This document shows positions 19,646 through 29,124 of a stretch of 64,000 bases of DNA, piece after piece. The stretch is from an uncultured Gammaproteobacteria bacterium. Its GTDB lineage: Bacteria > Pseudomonadota > Gammaproteobacteria > Magnimaribacterales > D2472. The notes beneath the pieces were generated by a model that was not told the DNA's origin, made no database searches, and saw nothing but the letters and a program-made list of their open reading frames with translations. The stretch is taken from contig CAYQIT010000001.1 in the NCBI GenBank assembly GCA_964417685.1, positions 81,157 through 145,156 of the forward strand, written 5' to 3'. Made by a program: the position numbers and the translations under genes. Each line of letters starts with the position of its first letter. Positions within the stretch are counted from its first letter, which is position 1.

Positions 19646-22504
19646 ATGAATAGAATAATATTTAAAACACTTTTACCCGTAATTTTAATCACAAATATAT
19701 ATGCTTCGGTACTGTCTGAGCCGACTGCTTATTCTAAAGATCTATATAAGCAAAATATATTAGATGGAAATTATGATCCCACTATTAGTGAGCCGGACAA
19801 TTTTCTTGATTTTAATTATGGTGATCGTGTTGCTTCACCCTCTCAAATCTCAAATGCAATATTAACCTGGGCTAAAGAATCAAATAAATTAAAAGTAGTT
19901 GAATATGCTAGATCACATGAAAATAGACCTTTATATGCATTGTATATCTCTTCTGAAACTAATATAAATAATCTACAACAAATTAAAACAGATTTAGGAA
20001 TGCTTGCTGATGCACGATCTACTAGTGAATCTCATGCAAGTCGTTTAATAAAATCTTTACCCGCCATAGCATGGATGGCCTACTCTATTCATGGAAACGA
20101 AACCTCTGGTTCAGATGCCGCTTTAGGGCTCATATATCATCTTATTGCTAGTAAAGACCAAGAAGTAATAAATATGTTATCAGATATGGTAATTATTATT
20201 GACCCAATGATGAATCCAGATGGAAGAGATAGGTTTGCTAAATCTCTTGAGCAGTATCGTGGAACGGCTCCAAATTACGATGATCAATCTCTGCTTCATA
20301 CGGGTGATTGGCCTTATGGAAGAACCAATCATTATTATTTTGATCTTAATAGAGACTGGTTTTATCTTACTCAACCTGAAACACAAGGAAGAGTAGCATT
20401 AATAAATCAGTGGAATCCTCAGATTCTTGTTGATGCTCATGAAATGGGCGCACAAGATACCTTCATGACAGGCCCTGCAAGGGAACCTGTTAATAAAAAT
20501 ATGCATTCTAGTTTATTGAAATGGGGTAATGTTTTTGCTCAAGATCAAGGCTCTGAATTTGATAAAAGAAATTGGCGCTTTTATACAGGAGAATGGCATG
20601 AAGATTTGTATCCTGGTTATTCTTTTTATGTAAATTTTAGAGGTACATTAGGAATTCTGTATGAACAATCACGCATGTCAGAGGATGGAGTTAAGAGACC
20701 AGAGGGAACTATACAATCTTACAAAGAATCTGTGCACCACCAATTTGTTAGCTCTTTGGTGAACCTAGAAACTTTACAAAAAAATAGCGATTCAATGTAT
20801 AAAGATTTTTGGGAAGGGAGAAAATTAAATATTTCTAATACCAGTAAATGGGCTAATAAATCTTTTGTAATACTTCCTACAAAAAATAATAAAAGAATAA
20901 ATACTCTTGCTACTAAACTAAAAGCACAAGATATTGAGATATATCAAAATACTAAAGAAATTACAGTTGAGGGAGCTTTAAAACAATCAGGTGATGTATT
21001 AAATTCATTTGTAATACCAGTTGGAAGTATGATTATTCCTAATAGGCAACCCGAAGCGCCATTAATATCAGCAATATTAGAATTTGATGCGGAAATTGAT
21101 GATGAAGTTCTTATAAAAGAACGACAAGCTACTTTAAAAAATGGCTCTTCAATAATGTATGACACCACTGCTTTTAATTTTACGATGATGTATGGATTAG
21201 ATGCTTTAACTGTTCCAATGCATCTGAATAAGAATTTAATTTCATGGGCACCCTCCCCTGTAGATATTGATGTTGATAGTACTGCAATTATGTGGGCAGT
21301 TGAAGGTGAAGATGATTCATCAGTGGCATTTGCTGCAAGATTGATGGAGCAAGGGGTAAAACTAAGAATAGTAGATAAAGAAATTAATTTATCTAATAAA
21401 CTACTATCTAGAGGAAGTGTTATCGCACTTGCATTAGACAATCCTAGCTTAGACAATTTAGTGAATTTAATAACTAGCACCGCAAATGAATTAAATATCT
21501 CTGTCTCTTCTCTTAAGACTGGTTTTGGTAAAGAAGAGTTGCCAGATTGGGGTGGAAGACATTTTAGATTATTAAATAAACCTAAAATTGCTATTCTAAG
21601 TCATAGTGGATTTAGCTCTTATGACGTTGGGGTAAGTTGGTGGTCAATAGACCATCACTTGGGAATAAGGCATAGCCAGCTAAATACTTCAATGATAGGT
21701 TATGCTGATTTAAGAAGATATAACACTTTAATCATGCCTAGTGGCTATAGAAATTTGTCATCAAGTGAAATAACAGCACTTAAAGATTGGGTTAAACAAG
21801 GTGGTACTTTGATTACTCATAACTCTAGTACTAGAAGGCTACTAGCTCAAGATTCTTTTAGCAAGGTTAAAGAGATTTCAGATTCTTTTGATTCAGCTCA
21901 TAAATATAATGTTTCATTACAAAGAGAATTTTTAGCTATAAATACTGTTGTTGATAAAAAAATAGTAAATACCAATAAAGTTGATTTTGAGCTTAATTAT
22001 CCATGGGAAAATAGTCAAAATAAAATTAGCGCTGATGCTCTTAAGAAACGTGATAATTGGCAGTCTTTGTTTATGCCATCTGGTTCATTTGTATCAGGTA
22101 GAATTAACAAAGACCATTGGTTAACATTTGGTTCAATTGATACCCTACCCCTTTTGTATTCAAACCTACCAGTACTTATGGCTGACTCAAGTTCAAATGC
22201 TGTAGTTAGAGTTGGCGAAATAGTAAATACTTCTGATTACGATAATTACAGGAGTCTCAACTGGTCAGATATACCAGCCGGTAAAGATATCAATGTTAGA
22301 ATGAGTGGTCTTGTTTGGCCTGAAGCATCAAATAGAATAGCTAATTCGGCTTATTTAACTCAAGAAAGGTACGGTAAAGGTCAAATTATTCTATTTTCAG
22401 GGGAACCTAATTTTAGAGGCTCTGCTCTTGGAACAAATAGAATTTGGTTGAATGCTATAGTTTACGGCTCAGGACTTGGAACATCAACCAATATAGACCT
22501 ATAG
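19646..22504 (+). CDS. secreted M14-family zinc carboxypeptidase, large (952 aa) multidomain form
   Basis: Signal peptide. Zn/catalytic motifs SIHGNETSG, DPMMNPDGRDRF and VDAHEMG. A long C-terminal extension has unknown function. Confidence 0.75.
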   Translation: MNRIIFKTLLPVILITNIYASVLSEPTAYSKDLYKQNILDGNYDPTISEPDNFLDFNYGDRVASPSQISNAILTWAKESNKLKVVEYARSHENRPLYALYISSETNINNLQQIKTDLGMLADARSTSESHASRLIKSLPAIAWMAYSIHGNETSGSDAALGLIYHLIASKDQEVINMLSDMVIIIDPMMNPDGRDRFAKSLEQYRGTAPNYDDQSLLHTGDWPYGRTNHYYFDLNRDWFYLTQPETQGRVALINQWNPQILVDAHEMGAQDTFMTGPAREPVNKNMHSSLLKWGNVFAQDQGSEFDKRNWRFYTGEWHEDLYPGYSFYVNFRGTLGILYEQSRMSEDGVKRPEGTIQSYKESVHHQFVSSLVNLETLQKNSDSMYKDFWEGRKLNISNTSKWANKSFVILPTKNNKRINTLATKLKAQDIEIYQNTKEITVEGALKQSGDVLNSFVIPVGSMIIPNRQPEAPLISAILEFDAEIDDEVLIKERQATLKNGSSIMYDTTAFNFTMMYGLDALTVPMHLNKNLISWAPSPVDIDVDSTAIMWAVEGEDDSSVAFAARLMEQGVKLRIVDKEINLSNKLLSRGSVIALALDNPSLDNLVNLITSTANELNISVSSLKTGFGKEELPDWGGRHFRLLNKPKIAILSHSGFSSYDVGVSWWSIDHHLGIRHSQLNTSMIGYADLRRYNTLIMPSGYRNLSSSEITALKDWVKQGGTLITHNSSTRRLLAQDSFSKVKEISDSFDSAHKYNVSLQREFLAINTVVDKKIVNTNKVDFELNYPWENSQNKISADALKKRDNWQSLFMPSGSFVSGRINKDHWLTFGSIDTLPLLYSNLPVLMADSSSNAVVRVGEIVNTSDYDNYRSLNWSDIPAGKDINVRMSGLVWPEASNRIANSAYLTQERYGKGQIILFSGEPNFRGSALGTNRIWLNAIVYGSGLGTSTNIDL

Positions 22505-22607
22505 AATATAACTTTATATATAAATATTAGACTTATTTTGAATCAATAATTATTATTTTTTAAGATATTATTAATCTGGTATTTAATTATTTTATGGGAG
22601 AGAATTT

Positions 22608-23000
22608 ATGAATACAGAATACGAAATATGGAACCTTATGTATTTAGGTTTTATTTCTAATTCAATGTTTATGGTTGCAATGGTATTGTTAACTTGGCTT
22701 GGATTTAGATTTGCTGCAAGAATCTACGATGATTCTAATGCAAATGTAGCTGCAAAAGTAACTGCAACGCTTTTTTACTTACTTGTAGGAATTATGTTCT
22801 ATAACACTGCTCAGATTGGTGGTGCTATTATTGGCGGTGCTGCTGAAAGTTTATCTGCTCTTGAAGAGGTTTCTCAAAGAGGTCAAGATCTAATTGATAG
22901 AGTAGAGTCAGGATTCGTTCCTGGCGGCCTTGTAAGCACCTCATTAAATGTTGTAATAGTATTTTTTCAACTAGCTATGACTTGGGGGAAAAAGGCTTAA
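22608..23000 (+). CDS. hypothetical small membrane protein (about 3 TM helices)
   Basis: The ORF has an upstream GGGAGAG Shine-Dalgarno sequence, hydrophobic segments and its own terminator. I recognise no family. Confidence 0.5.
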   Translation: MNTEYEIWNLMYLGFISNSMFMVAMVLLTWLGFRFAARIYDDSNANVAAKVTATLFYLLVGIMFYNTAQIGGAIIGGAAESLSALEEVSQRGQDLIDRVESGFVPGGLVSTSLNVVIVFFQLAMTWGKKA

Positions 23001-23020
23001 TAATATTTAAAGCTTTTATA

Positions 23021-23044
23021 AAGGGGATTAATATCCCCTTTTTT
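23021..23044 (+). terminator. rho-independent terminator
   Basis: 8-bp stem aaggggat/atcccctt with loop taat, running into a T tract. It starts 21 nt after the stop at 23000. Confidence 0.6.
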
Positions 23045-23076
23045 ATTTCCAAAAATAAAATATACTCATTAAGTTC

Positions 23077-24537
23077 ATGTATAAAACATTATTTAATAAT
23101 TTATGGAAAGCGACAACAGCTTATATTGTTGGCAGCTTTGCTTTAATTCAATTTGCTAGCGTTTCATTTACATACTTTGATCTAGAGACTTCTTTTGGCT
23201 TAACAAATACCGAGATAATGAAACTTCTATATGTTGTATTAGCAATTGGGTTTCCATCTACTCTTGCCTTAGTTTTCTTCTTTAAAAAAGATGTAATAGA
23301 TAATAATGAAGTTAACTTACATCATCCTTTGTCTGATAATAAAAAAATTGGGGCATACAAACAAAAAATAGCTGTAATACCATTTACGAATTTAAATAAA
23401 GATGATGACGGCTCTTTTCTTGTTGATGGAATTGTTGAAGATTTGATAACAGAGTTCTCGATGATTAAAGAAATAGAAATACTCTCTAGACAGACTTGTT
23501 TTGATTATAGAGATAAAAACTACGATATTGACAAATTCAAAAATGATTTTGATTTAGATTATCTAGTTTCTGGAAGTATAAGAATTCTAGATAACAGACT
23601 TAGAGTTTCTGTTGAATTGTCAGAAACAATTGAGGGTAATGTAATTTGGTCTAATAAGTACGATAGAGTTAAAGAAGATATATTTGATATACAGGACGAA
23701 ATTGTTAGAAAAATAATTATCTCCTTAATTGGTGAAATAGAATTTTCAAGTTTGGAGAGATCAAAAAGGAAACCAACAGAAAACATTACATCCTACGAGT
23801 ATCTTCTAAAAGGAAAAGATCTTCATCACAAGTTTACTAAAGAAGCTAATGGAAAAGCTCTAATTGCTTTAGATGCATCAATTAATTCAGATAAATCAAA
23901 TTCACAAGCTTATGCTTGGAAGGCTTGTGCTTTAGGTCAAGCATACGGCAGAGGATATATACCGGTTAGTGATGAATTATATAAATCAATCATGGAAAAT
24001 ATAAATAAAGCTGTTGAACTAAACAATAATGATTTTGAGGCTCATAGGATGCTTGCAGAAGTTCATTTATCTCTTCATGATTTTGAGAAAGCCCTACTTC
24101 ATGGAACTAAGGCATTTCAACTAAATCCCAATGACCCTAGAGTTACCTCTGTATATGGTGAAATATTAGTTAGGGTGAAAAAAATCCCAGAAGGATTAGA
24201 TATGCTAGAAAAAGCATACGAATTAGATCCTGTTCCTCAGGGCCAATCCACGTCTGACAAAAGAATTAGTGCACTGATAACTGGATATTATTTATCAAAC
24301 AATTTAGAACGATGTAATGAATTGTTTAAATCAATAACTGACATAGATTTTAGATCATGGTTAATGGTTTTAGATATAAACATAAATTATGAAAATGAAA
24401 ATTTAGCTTCAATAAAGATGCATTCAAATAAGTTTAAAGAAATTGATTACAACCTAGAAATCGATAGATTTCATTTAAACGATAAAAGTCTTAAGGATTC
24501 ATTAATTAAGAGAGCTACCGAAGAACTCTTTGGATAA
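23077..24537 (+). CDS. membrane-anchored protein with a TolB_N-like domain and C-terminal TPR repeats (paralog 1)
   Basis: Two N-terminal TM segments (..ALIQFASV.., ..AIGFPSTLALVFFF). These are followed by KIAVIPFTNLNKDDDGSFLVDGIVEDLITE, which resembles the IAVLPF.N.S...adGl.e.li module found in TolB_N/adenylate-cyclase-associated TPR proteins. TPR-like helices lie at the C-terminus. Confidence 0.65.
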   Translation: MYKTLFNNLWKATTAYIVGSFALIQFASVSFTYFDLETSFGLTNTEIMKLLYVVLAIGFPSTLALVFFFKKDVIDNNEVNLHHPLSDNKKIGAYKQKIAVIPFTNLNKDDDGSFLVDGIVEDLITEFSMIKEIEILSRQTCFDYRDKNYDIDKFKNDFDLDYLVSGSIRILDNRLRVSVELSETIEGNVIWSNKYDRVKEDIFDIQDEIVRKIIISLIGEIEFSSLERSKRKPTENITSYEYLLKGKDLHHKFTKEANGKALIALDASINSDKSNSQAYAWKACALGQAYGRGYIPVSDELYKSIMENINKAVELNNNDFEAHRMLAEVHLSLHDFEKALLHGTKAFQLNPNDPRVTSVYGEILVRVKKIPEGLDMLEKAYELDPVPQGQSTSDKRISALITGYYLSNNLERCNELFKSITDIDFRSWLMVLDININYENENLASIKMHSNKFKEIDYNLEIDRFHLNDKSLKDSLIKRATEELFG

Positions 24538-24581
24538 GAAAAAAGTTTTTCAAATTAAAATAATTTGTTTATTATATTTTT

Positions 24582-26072
24582 ATGAGTAAAGCAAAAATAG
24601 CATCTTCATTTATAAAAATTAAGTTCCATAATATTGGCTCGATTTTGATTAAAACGGCTGGTACATATGCCGTAACTGCTTTTGCGCTAATTCAATTATC
24701 AAGTATCGTAGTGACTAACATCTCAACGGTAGATATTCTTGGAATTACACCTGAACGATTTATGCAACTACTATTCATTATCGTTCTTATTGGCTTTCCA
24801 CTATCTCTAATAATAGCTTTCTCTTTTAAGAAGAAAAACTTAAATCAAGAAGTTCTTAAAGATTATGAAGATTTAAAAAATGTTGTTTCAAATAAAAAGC
24901 CCAAGATAGGTGTTATACCATTTGAAAATCTAAATGATGATAAGGATGGAGCTTTTCTTGTAGACGGTATTGTCGAAGACCTCATAACAGAACTTTCAAT
25001 GATAAAAGAAATATCAGTTGCAACCAGAAGGACTTGTTTTGGCCTTAAAGGAAAAGATTATACAAGCCAAGCTTTTAAAGATGAGTGGGGTTTTGATTAT
25101 GTTGTATCTGGAAGCATTAGATCTGCTGATGATAAATTACGAATATCTGTTGAATTAAGTGATATGGAAGATGATCAAGTTATTTGGAGCAATAAGTACG
25201 ATAAGTTAAAAGCTGATATATTTGAATTACAAGATGAGATAGTAACTCAAATTATTTATTGCGTAATTGGTGAGATAGAGATAACTAGTCTTAAAAGAGC
25301 TCATAGGAAACCTACTGAAAACATGACTTCATATGAATATACTTTAAAAGGTAGAGCGCTTAACCAAAAGTTTGAAAAAGAAGCAAATGCTGAAGCTATT
25401 AAAATGCTAGATGCTGCAATTGAGGCAGATGAACTCAACCCCCTACCCCATTCATGGAAAGCATGTACACTTGGCCAGTCGATGTTTTTAGGTTTCAAGG
25501 ATCAATCTGAAGTCATGCCAGATATGTTAGAGGCTTTAAGTAAAGCAAATGAACTAAATGATAATGATTGGAATACTAATAGAATCCTTGCAGAAGCTAA
25601 TTTAACAATGAATGATTTTGAACAATCAAAAGTTTATGCAACTAAAGCCTATAGAGCTAATCCAAGCAACCCACATGTTTTATCAATTTATGGTGAGTCA
25701 TTATTGAGAAATGGGGATATAGATAGTGCAATAAAAATATTTGAGAAAATGTATGAATTAGAGCCAATAGTTGCAGCAGACACTAACTCTGATAGACCGC
25801 TACAAGCAATACTTTTTGCCTACTATATGAATAATGATCTGGAGAAATGTAAGGAATTATTAACTCAACTTGATGATTTTACATCTAAAACTTGGCTAGC
25901 TTTAATAGATTTACATCAGAGAAATGACAAAGACTACAAACAAGAGGATTGGTTTATTAAAGGCATGAGCAAATTTAAAAATTTAGATTGGAAAAATGAA
26001 ATCAAGTCATTTCATCTAAACCATAAAGAGATGTTAGAAAATCTATCTAATATTTCAGCAAGTCTCACCTAG
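24582..26072 (+). CDS. membrane-anchored protein with a TolB_N-like domain and C-terminal TPR repeats (paralog 2)
   Basis: Same architecture as the upstream gene. The two share long identical strings: FLVDGIVEDLITE, VSGSIR, VIWSNKYD, RKPTEN.TSYEY. Confidence 0.65.
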   Translation: MSKAKIASSFIKIKFHNIGSILIKTAGTYAVTAFALIQLSSIVVTNISTVDILGITPERFMQLLFIIVLIGFPLSLIIAFSFKKKNLNQEVLKDYEDLKNVVSNKKPKIGVIPFENLNDDKDGAFLVDGIVEDLITELSMIKEISVATRRTCFGLKGKDYTSQAFKDEWGFDYVVSGSIRSADDKLRISVELSDMEDDQVIWSNKYDKLKADIFELQDEIVTQIIYCVIGEIEITSLKRAHRKPTENMTSYEYTLKGRALNQKFEKEANAEAIKMLDAAIEADELNPLPHSWKACTLGQSMFLGFKDQSEVMPDMLEALSKANELNDNDWNTNRILAEANLTMNDFEQSKVYATKAYRANPSNPHVLSIYGESLLRNGDIDSAIKIFEKMYELEPIVAADTNSDRPLQAILFAYYMNNDLEKCKELLTQLDDFTSKTWLALIDLHQRNDKDYKQEDWFIKGMSKFKNLDWKNEIKSFHLNHKEMLENLSNISASLT

Positions 26073-26128
26073 CAAGCAAAATAATAATTTAATACCAAAC
26101 TGATCTTATTTATACTAAGCACACTAAT

Positions 26129-28219
26129 ATGAATAAATTTCTTATACTCATAATTCTTTTAAATATATCCTGCACAACAATGATTGAAAATATACCTGAA
26201 GCAAAAAAAATACCTAAAATTCTAAATAACCATAACGATGAAAGAATAGATAACTATTACTGGTTAAGAGATGATACGAGAACCAATGAGGATGTAATTA
26301 GTTATTTAAAAGAAGAAAATGAGTATAAAGAAAATTGGTTTAAATCAAAAAAACCATATAAAGATGAATTAATTGAGATATATAAAAAACAACTTCCTAA
26401 AGAAGAAATTTCATATCCCCTAGTCAATGATAAATATAAATACTTCACAAAAATTAATAACAATGAGCAATTAAAAAGGATTTATAGATCTTTTAATAAG
26501 AAAGAAGAATTATTATTTGATCCGAATATAAAGCTTAAGACTCAAGAATACTATGATGTAAAAGGAGTTTATCCATCAAATGATAATTCTCTACTTGTAT
26601 TAAGCGAGGATAATAACGGAAGAAGAACATATACGCTTAAATTCCTTGATCCTAATAATAAAGAATTTATATATGAATCTATTGAGAGAACTACTGGTAA
26701 TACAATATGGTCAACTGATAATTCATATATTTATTACATTAAAAAAGATCCAACAACTTTAATTGCTAATGCAGTATATAGACACCAAATAGGAAGCTCA
26801 GTTTTAGAGGATGAATTAATCTATAAAGAAGAAGATGAATCATTTGAATTATCTTTATCTAGGTCAATGGATAAGAATTATTTATATATAAATATTGAGG
26901 CTACAGATAATAATGAAATTAGAACAATTGATTTAAATAACCCTCTTTCATCACCTAAAGTTTTTATTAATAGAGAATTAAATCACCTCTATTACATTGA
27001 ACATGCAGGAAATAACGTTTTTTTGGTTTTATCAAATAAAAATGCTCCTAATTTTAAGATCTTAAAATCTATTTCAGAGACTAACAGAGATGTTCAATCA
27101 ATGGAAACTATTGTTGAGCATTCATCAGATACTTTTATAAATAATATTTTGCTTGTGGATAATACTTTAGTGCAAGAAGTTAGATTTAATGGATTGCCTG
27201 AAATATATCTGCTAGACATGGTTTCAAAAGAGACTAATAAAATTCAATTTAGTGACAATGCGTACGATGTTTCAATAAATAACAGTCATTCAAATAACAA
27301 ATCACTATTTTATAATTACTCTAGCCTTCTGAATCCAGAATCTATTTTTGAATTTGATATAAATTTATTTGAATCTAATCTTGTGTGGAGCAAAGAAATT
27401 AATAATTTTGATAAGAATGAATATGAAGATAATAGATTTTTTATTAAAGCAAGAGATGGAGAGCAAATACCAGTCGTAACCATAGCTAAGAAAGATATAG
27501 ATTTAAGAAATGCACCTATTTTATTTTATGGTTATGGTTCATATGGAATTAATATTGATGCAAGCTTTAGACAATCCATAATACCTTTGCTAGATAAAGG
27601 TATTATTTTTTCAATTATAAATATCAGAGGTGGTGGCGAGATGGGTAAACACTGGTATGAAATGGGTAGAATGAAAAATAAAATGAATACCTTTTATGAT
27701 TTTAACGATGGTGTAAAAGCTGTTCTTAAAAAAGAAATTGGTGACCCTGCTAATGTATTTGCAAGAGGTGGAAGTGCTGGTGGTCTTTTAATGGGTGCAA
27801 TAATTAATTTAGAGCCTGATTTATATAAAGGCATTTTATCAGGTGTTCCCTTTGTTGACGTTGTTACTACTATGTCTGATCCTTCAATACCATTAACAAC
27901 ATTTGAATATGGTGAGTGGGGAAACCCAGCAATTAAAAGTGAATATGAATATATGATGAAATATTCGCCATATGACAATATTGATTATAAAAATTACCCA
28001 GCTGTATTTATAACTTCAAGTCTATATGATTCACAAGTTCAATATTTCGAACCGGCTAAATATATTGCCAAGATGAGAGATTTTAATCTTTCAGAAAATC
28101 CAATTTTAATGGATATGAATCTTATTGGAGGTCATGGCGGCATGAGTGGTCAAATCAATCAATTCAATGAAATTGCAGAGGAGTTTAGTTTCATATTAAA
28201 CCTATCAGAATCTAACTAG
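26129..28219 (+). CDS. ptrB: S9A-family serine peptidase, oligopeptidase B-like, probable lipoprotein
   Basis: Lipobox-like LLNISC. N-terminal beta-propeller region. Catalytic Ser motif GGSAGGLLMG and C-terminal GGHGG. Confidence 0.85.
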   Translation: MNKFLILIILLNISCTTMIENIPEAKKIPKILNNHNDERIDNYYWLRDDTRTNEDVISYLKEENEYKENWFKSKKPYKDELIEIYKKQLPKEEISYPLVNDKYKYFTKINNNEQLKRIYRSFNKKEELLFDPNIKLKTQEYYDVKGVYPSNDNSLLVLSEDNNGRRTYTLKFLDPNNKEFIYESIERTTGNTIWSTDNSYIYYIKKDPTTLIANAVYRHQIGSSVLEDELIYKEEDESFELSLSRSMDKNYLYINIEATDNNEIRTIDLNNPLSSPKVFINRELNHLYYIEHAGNNVFLVLSNKNAPNFKILKSISETNRDVQSMETIVEHSSDTFINNILLVDNTLVQEVRFNGLPEIYLLDMVSKETNKIQFSDNAYDVSINNSHSNNKSLFYNYSSLLNPESIFEFDINLFESNLVWSKEINNFDKNEYEDNRFFIKARDGEQIPVVTIAKKDIDLRNAPILFYGYGSYGINIDASFRQSIIPLLDKGIIFSIINIRGGGEMGKHWYEMGRMKNKMNTFYDFNDGVKAVLKKEIGDPANVFARGGSAGGLLMGAIINLEPDLYKGILSGVPFVDVVTTMSDPSIPLTTFEYGEWGNPAIKSEYEYMMKYSPYDNIDYKNYPAVFITSSLYDSQVQYFEPAKYIAKMRDFNLSENPILMDMNLIGGHGGMSGQINQFNEIAEEFSFILNLSESN

Positions 28220-29124
28220 GCAATAACAACAATATAATAAGCACTAGGTATAGCTATTAACCAAAGGGTTAATCCTAAAGCAAAGGGCTTTAAATTTAAT
28301 GATTTGAAATCTATTAGAGTAGTTTGAGTACCTATACAAAAAAGACCTATCATTAAAATACTCTTACTTAATATCCTTAGTGTAAGTTCTGTTGAGTAAT
28401 CTATAATTCCAGTGGTATTAATTAGCACAGCCAATATAAAAAAGAAAATGAATATAGGATATTTAGATTTATCATTATCATCTTTATAAAAATAATTTAA
28501 CAATATAATTAATGGGATTAGCCATAAGGTTCTAGCTACTTTTAAAGTTGCAGCTACTTCAACTGACTCAGTGCTATATTCCAATGCAGTTCCAATAACT
28601 GAAGATGTATCATGGACTGCTAAAGCTACAAAAGAGCCAAATTCAATACTATCCATCGATAAAAAAGACCCTATAAAAGGAAAAAATATCAATGCAACTA
28701 AATTAAATATAAAAATTATAGTTAATGCTAATATTAAATCAGTAGGCTTTGCTTTTATGATTGGAGCTATTGCAGCAATTGCTGTTCCTCCACATATTGC
28801 AGCCCCAGAGGAAATAAGAATAGATATCTTTTTATCTAAATTTAATATTCTAGAAATAAGCAAACCACCAAAAAAAGATAAGAAAACAAATAAGGTAATC
28901 CAACCAAAATAATTATTTCCAATATCAAGAACCGACTGCATCCCAATTGTTAAACCAAGTATTACAACACCAATTTGTAAGGGTATCGTTGAAACGCGTC
29001 TAGTAATAAAGTTTTTGCCAGGTTTGATTAGCAGAGAAAATACAATACCTAAAGCAATAGCAATTGGTGCACTCATGGCAATTATTACTGCAATAAGAAA
29101 TAAAGAGAGATATAAATAAATCAA
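28216..29124 (-). CDS. YeiH/UPF0324 (TauZ-type 'putative sulfate exporter') family membrane protein
   Basis: Polytopic membrane protein with the family-like motif SSGAAICGGTAIAAIAPII. Its start overlaps the stop of the upstream NMO gene by 4 nt. Confidence 0.6.
   Translation of the reverse strand: MIYLYLSLFLIAVIIAMSAPIAIALGIVFSLLIKPGKNFITRRVSTIPLQIGVVILGLTIGMQSVLDIGNNYFGWITLFVFLSFFGGLLISRILNLDKKISILISSGAAICGGTAIAAIAPIIKAKPTDLILALTIIFIFNLVALIFFPFIGSFLSMDSIEFGSFVALAVHDTSSVIGTALEYSTESVEVAATLKVARTLWLIPLIILLNYFYKDDNDKSKYPIFIFFFILAVLINTTGIIDYSTELTLRILSKSILMIGLFCIGTQTTLIDFKSLNLKPFALGLTLWLIAIPSAYYIVVIA

Noticed and set aside
20944-21480. 178-aa minus-strand ORF inside the M14 peptidase gene.
   Set aside because: It is antisense to a well-supported 952-aa CDS. 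It is Ser/Ile/Leu-rich, typical of AT-rich antisense frames, and has no Shine-Dalgarno sequence or family resemblance.
28571-28912. 113-aa plus-strand ORF, together with similar 60-120-aa shadow ORFs elsewhere: 1670-1879, 3492-3755, 3843-4097, 5230-5442, 7461-7664, 8261-8497, 12091-12315, 12750-12947, 13072-13323, 14852-15046, 16172-16423, 20180-20386, 23559-23786, 25301-25498, 27694-27978, 29728-29970, 30264-30548, 30391-30579, 30703-30969, 35022-35210, 35597-35947, 36295-36543, 36769-36960, 38568-38783, 41795-42004, 44849-45052, 46195-46380, 48607-48846, 50997-51194, 52193-52399, 52366-52563, 55136-55381, 55654-55887, 56096-56311, 57164-57523 and 59642-59836.
   Set aside because: Each is fully or largely embedded in, or antisense to, a longer ORF with clear family motifs. 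None shows a motif or translation signal of its own.
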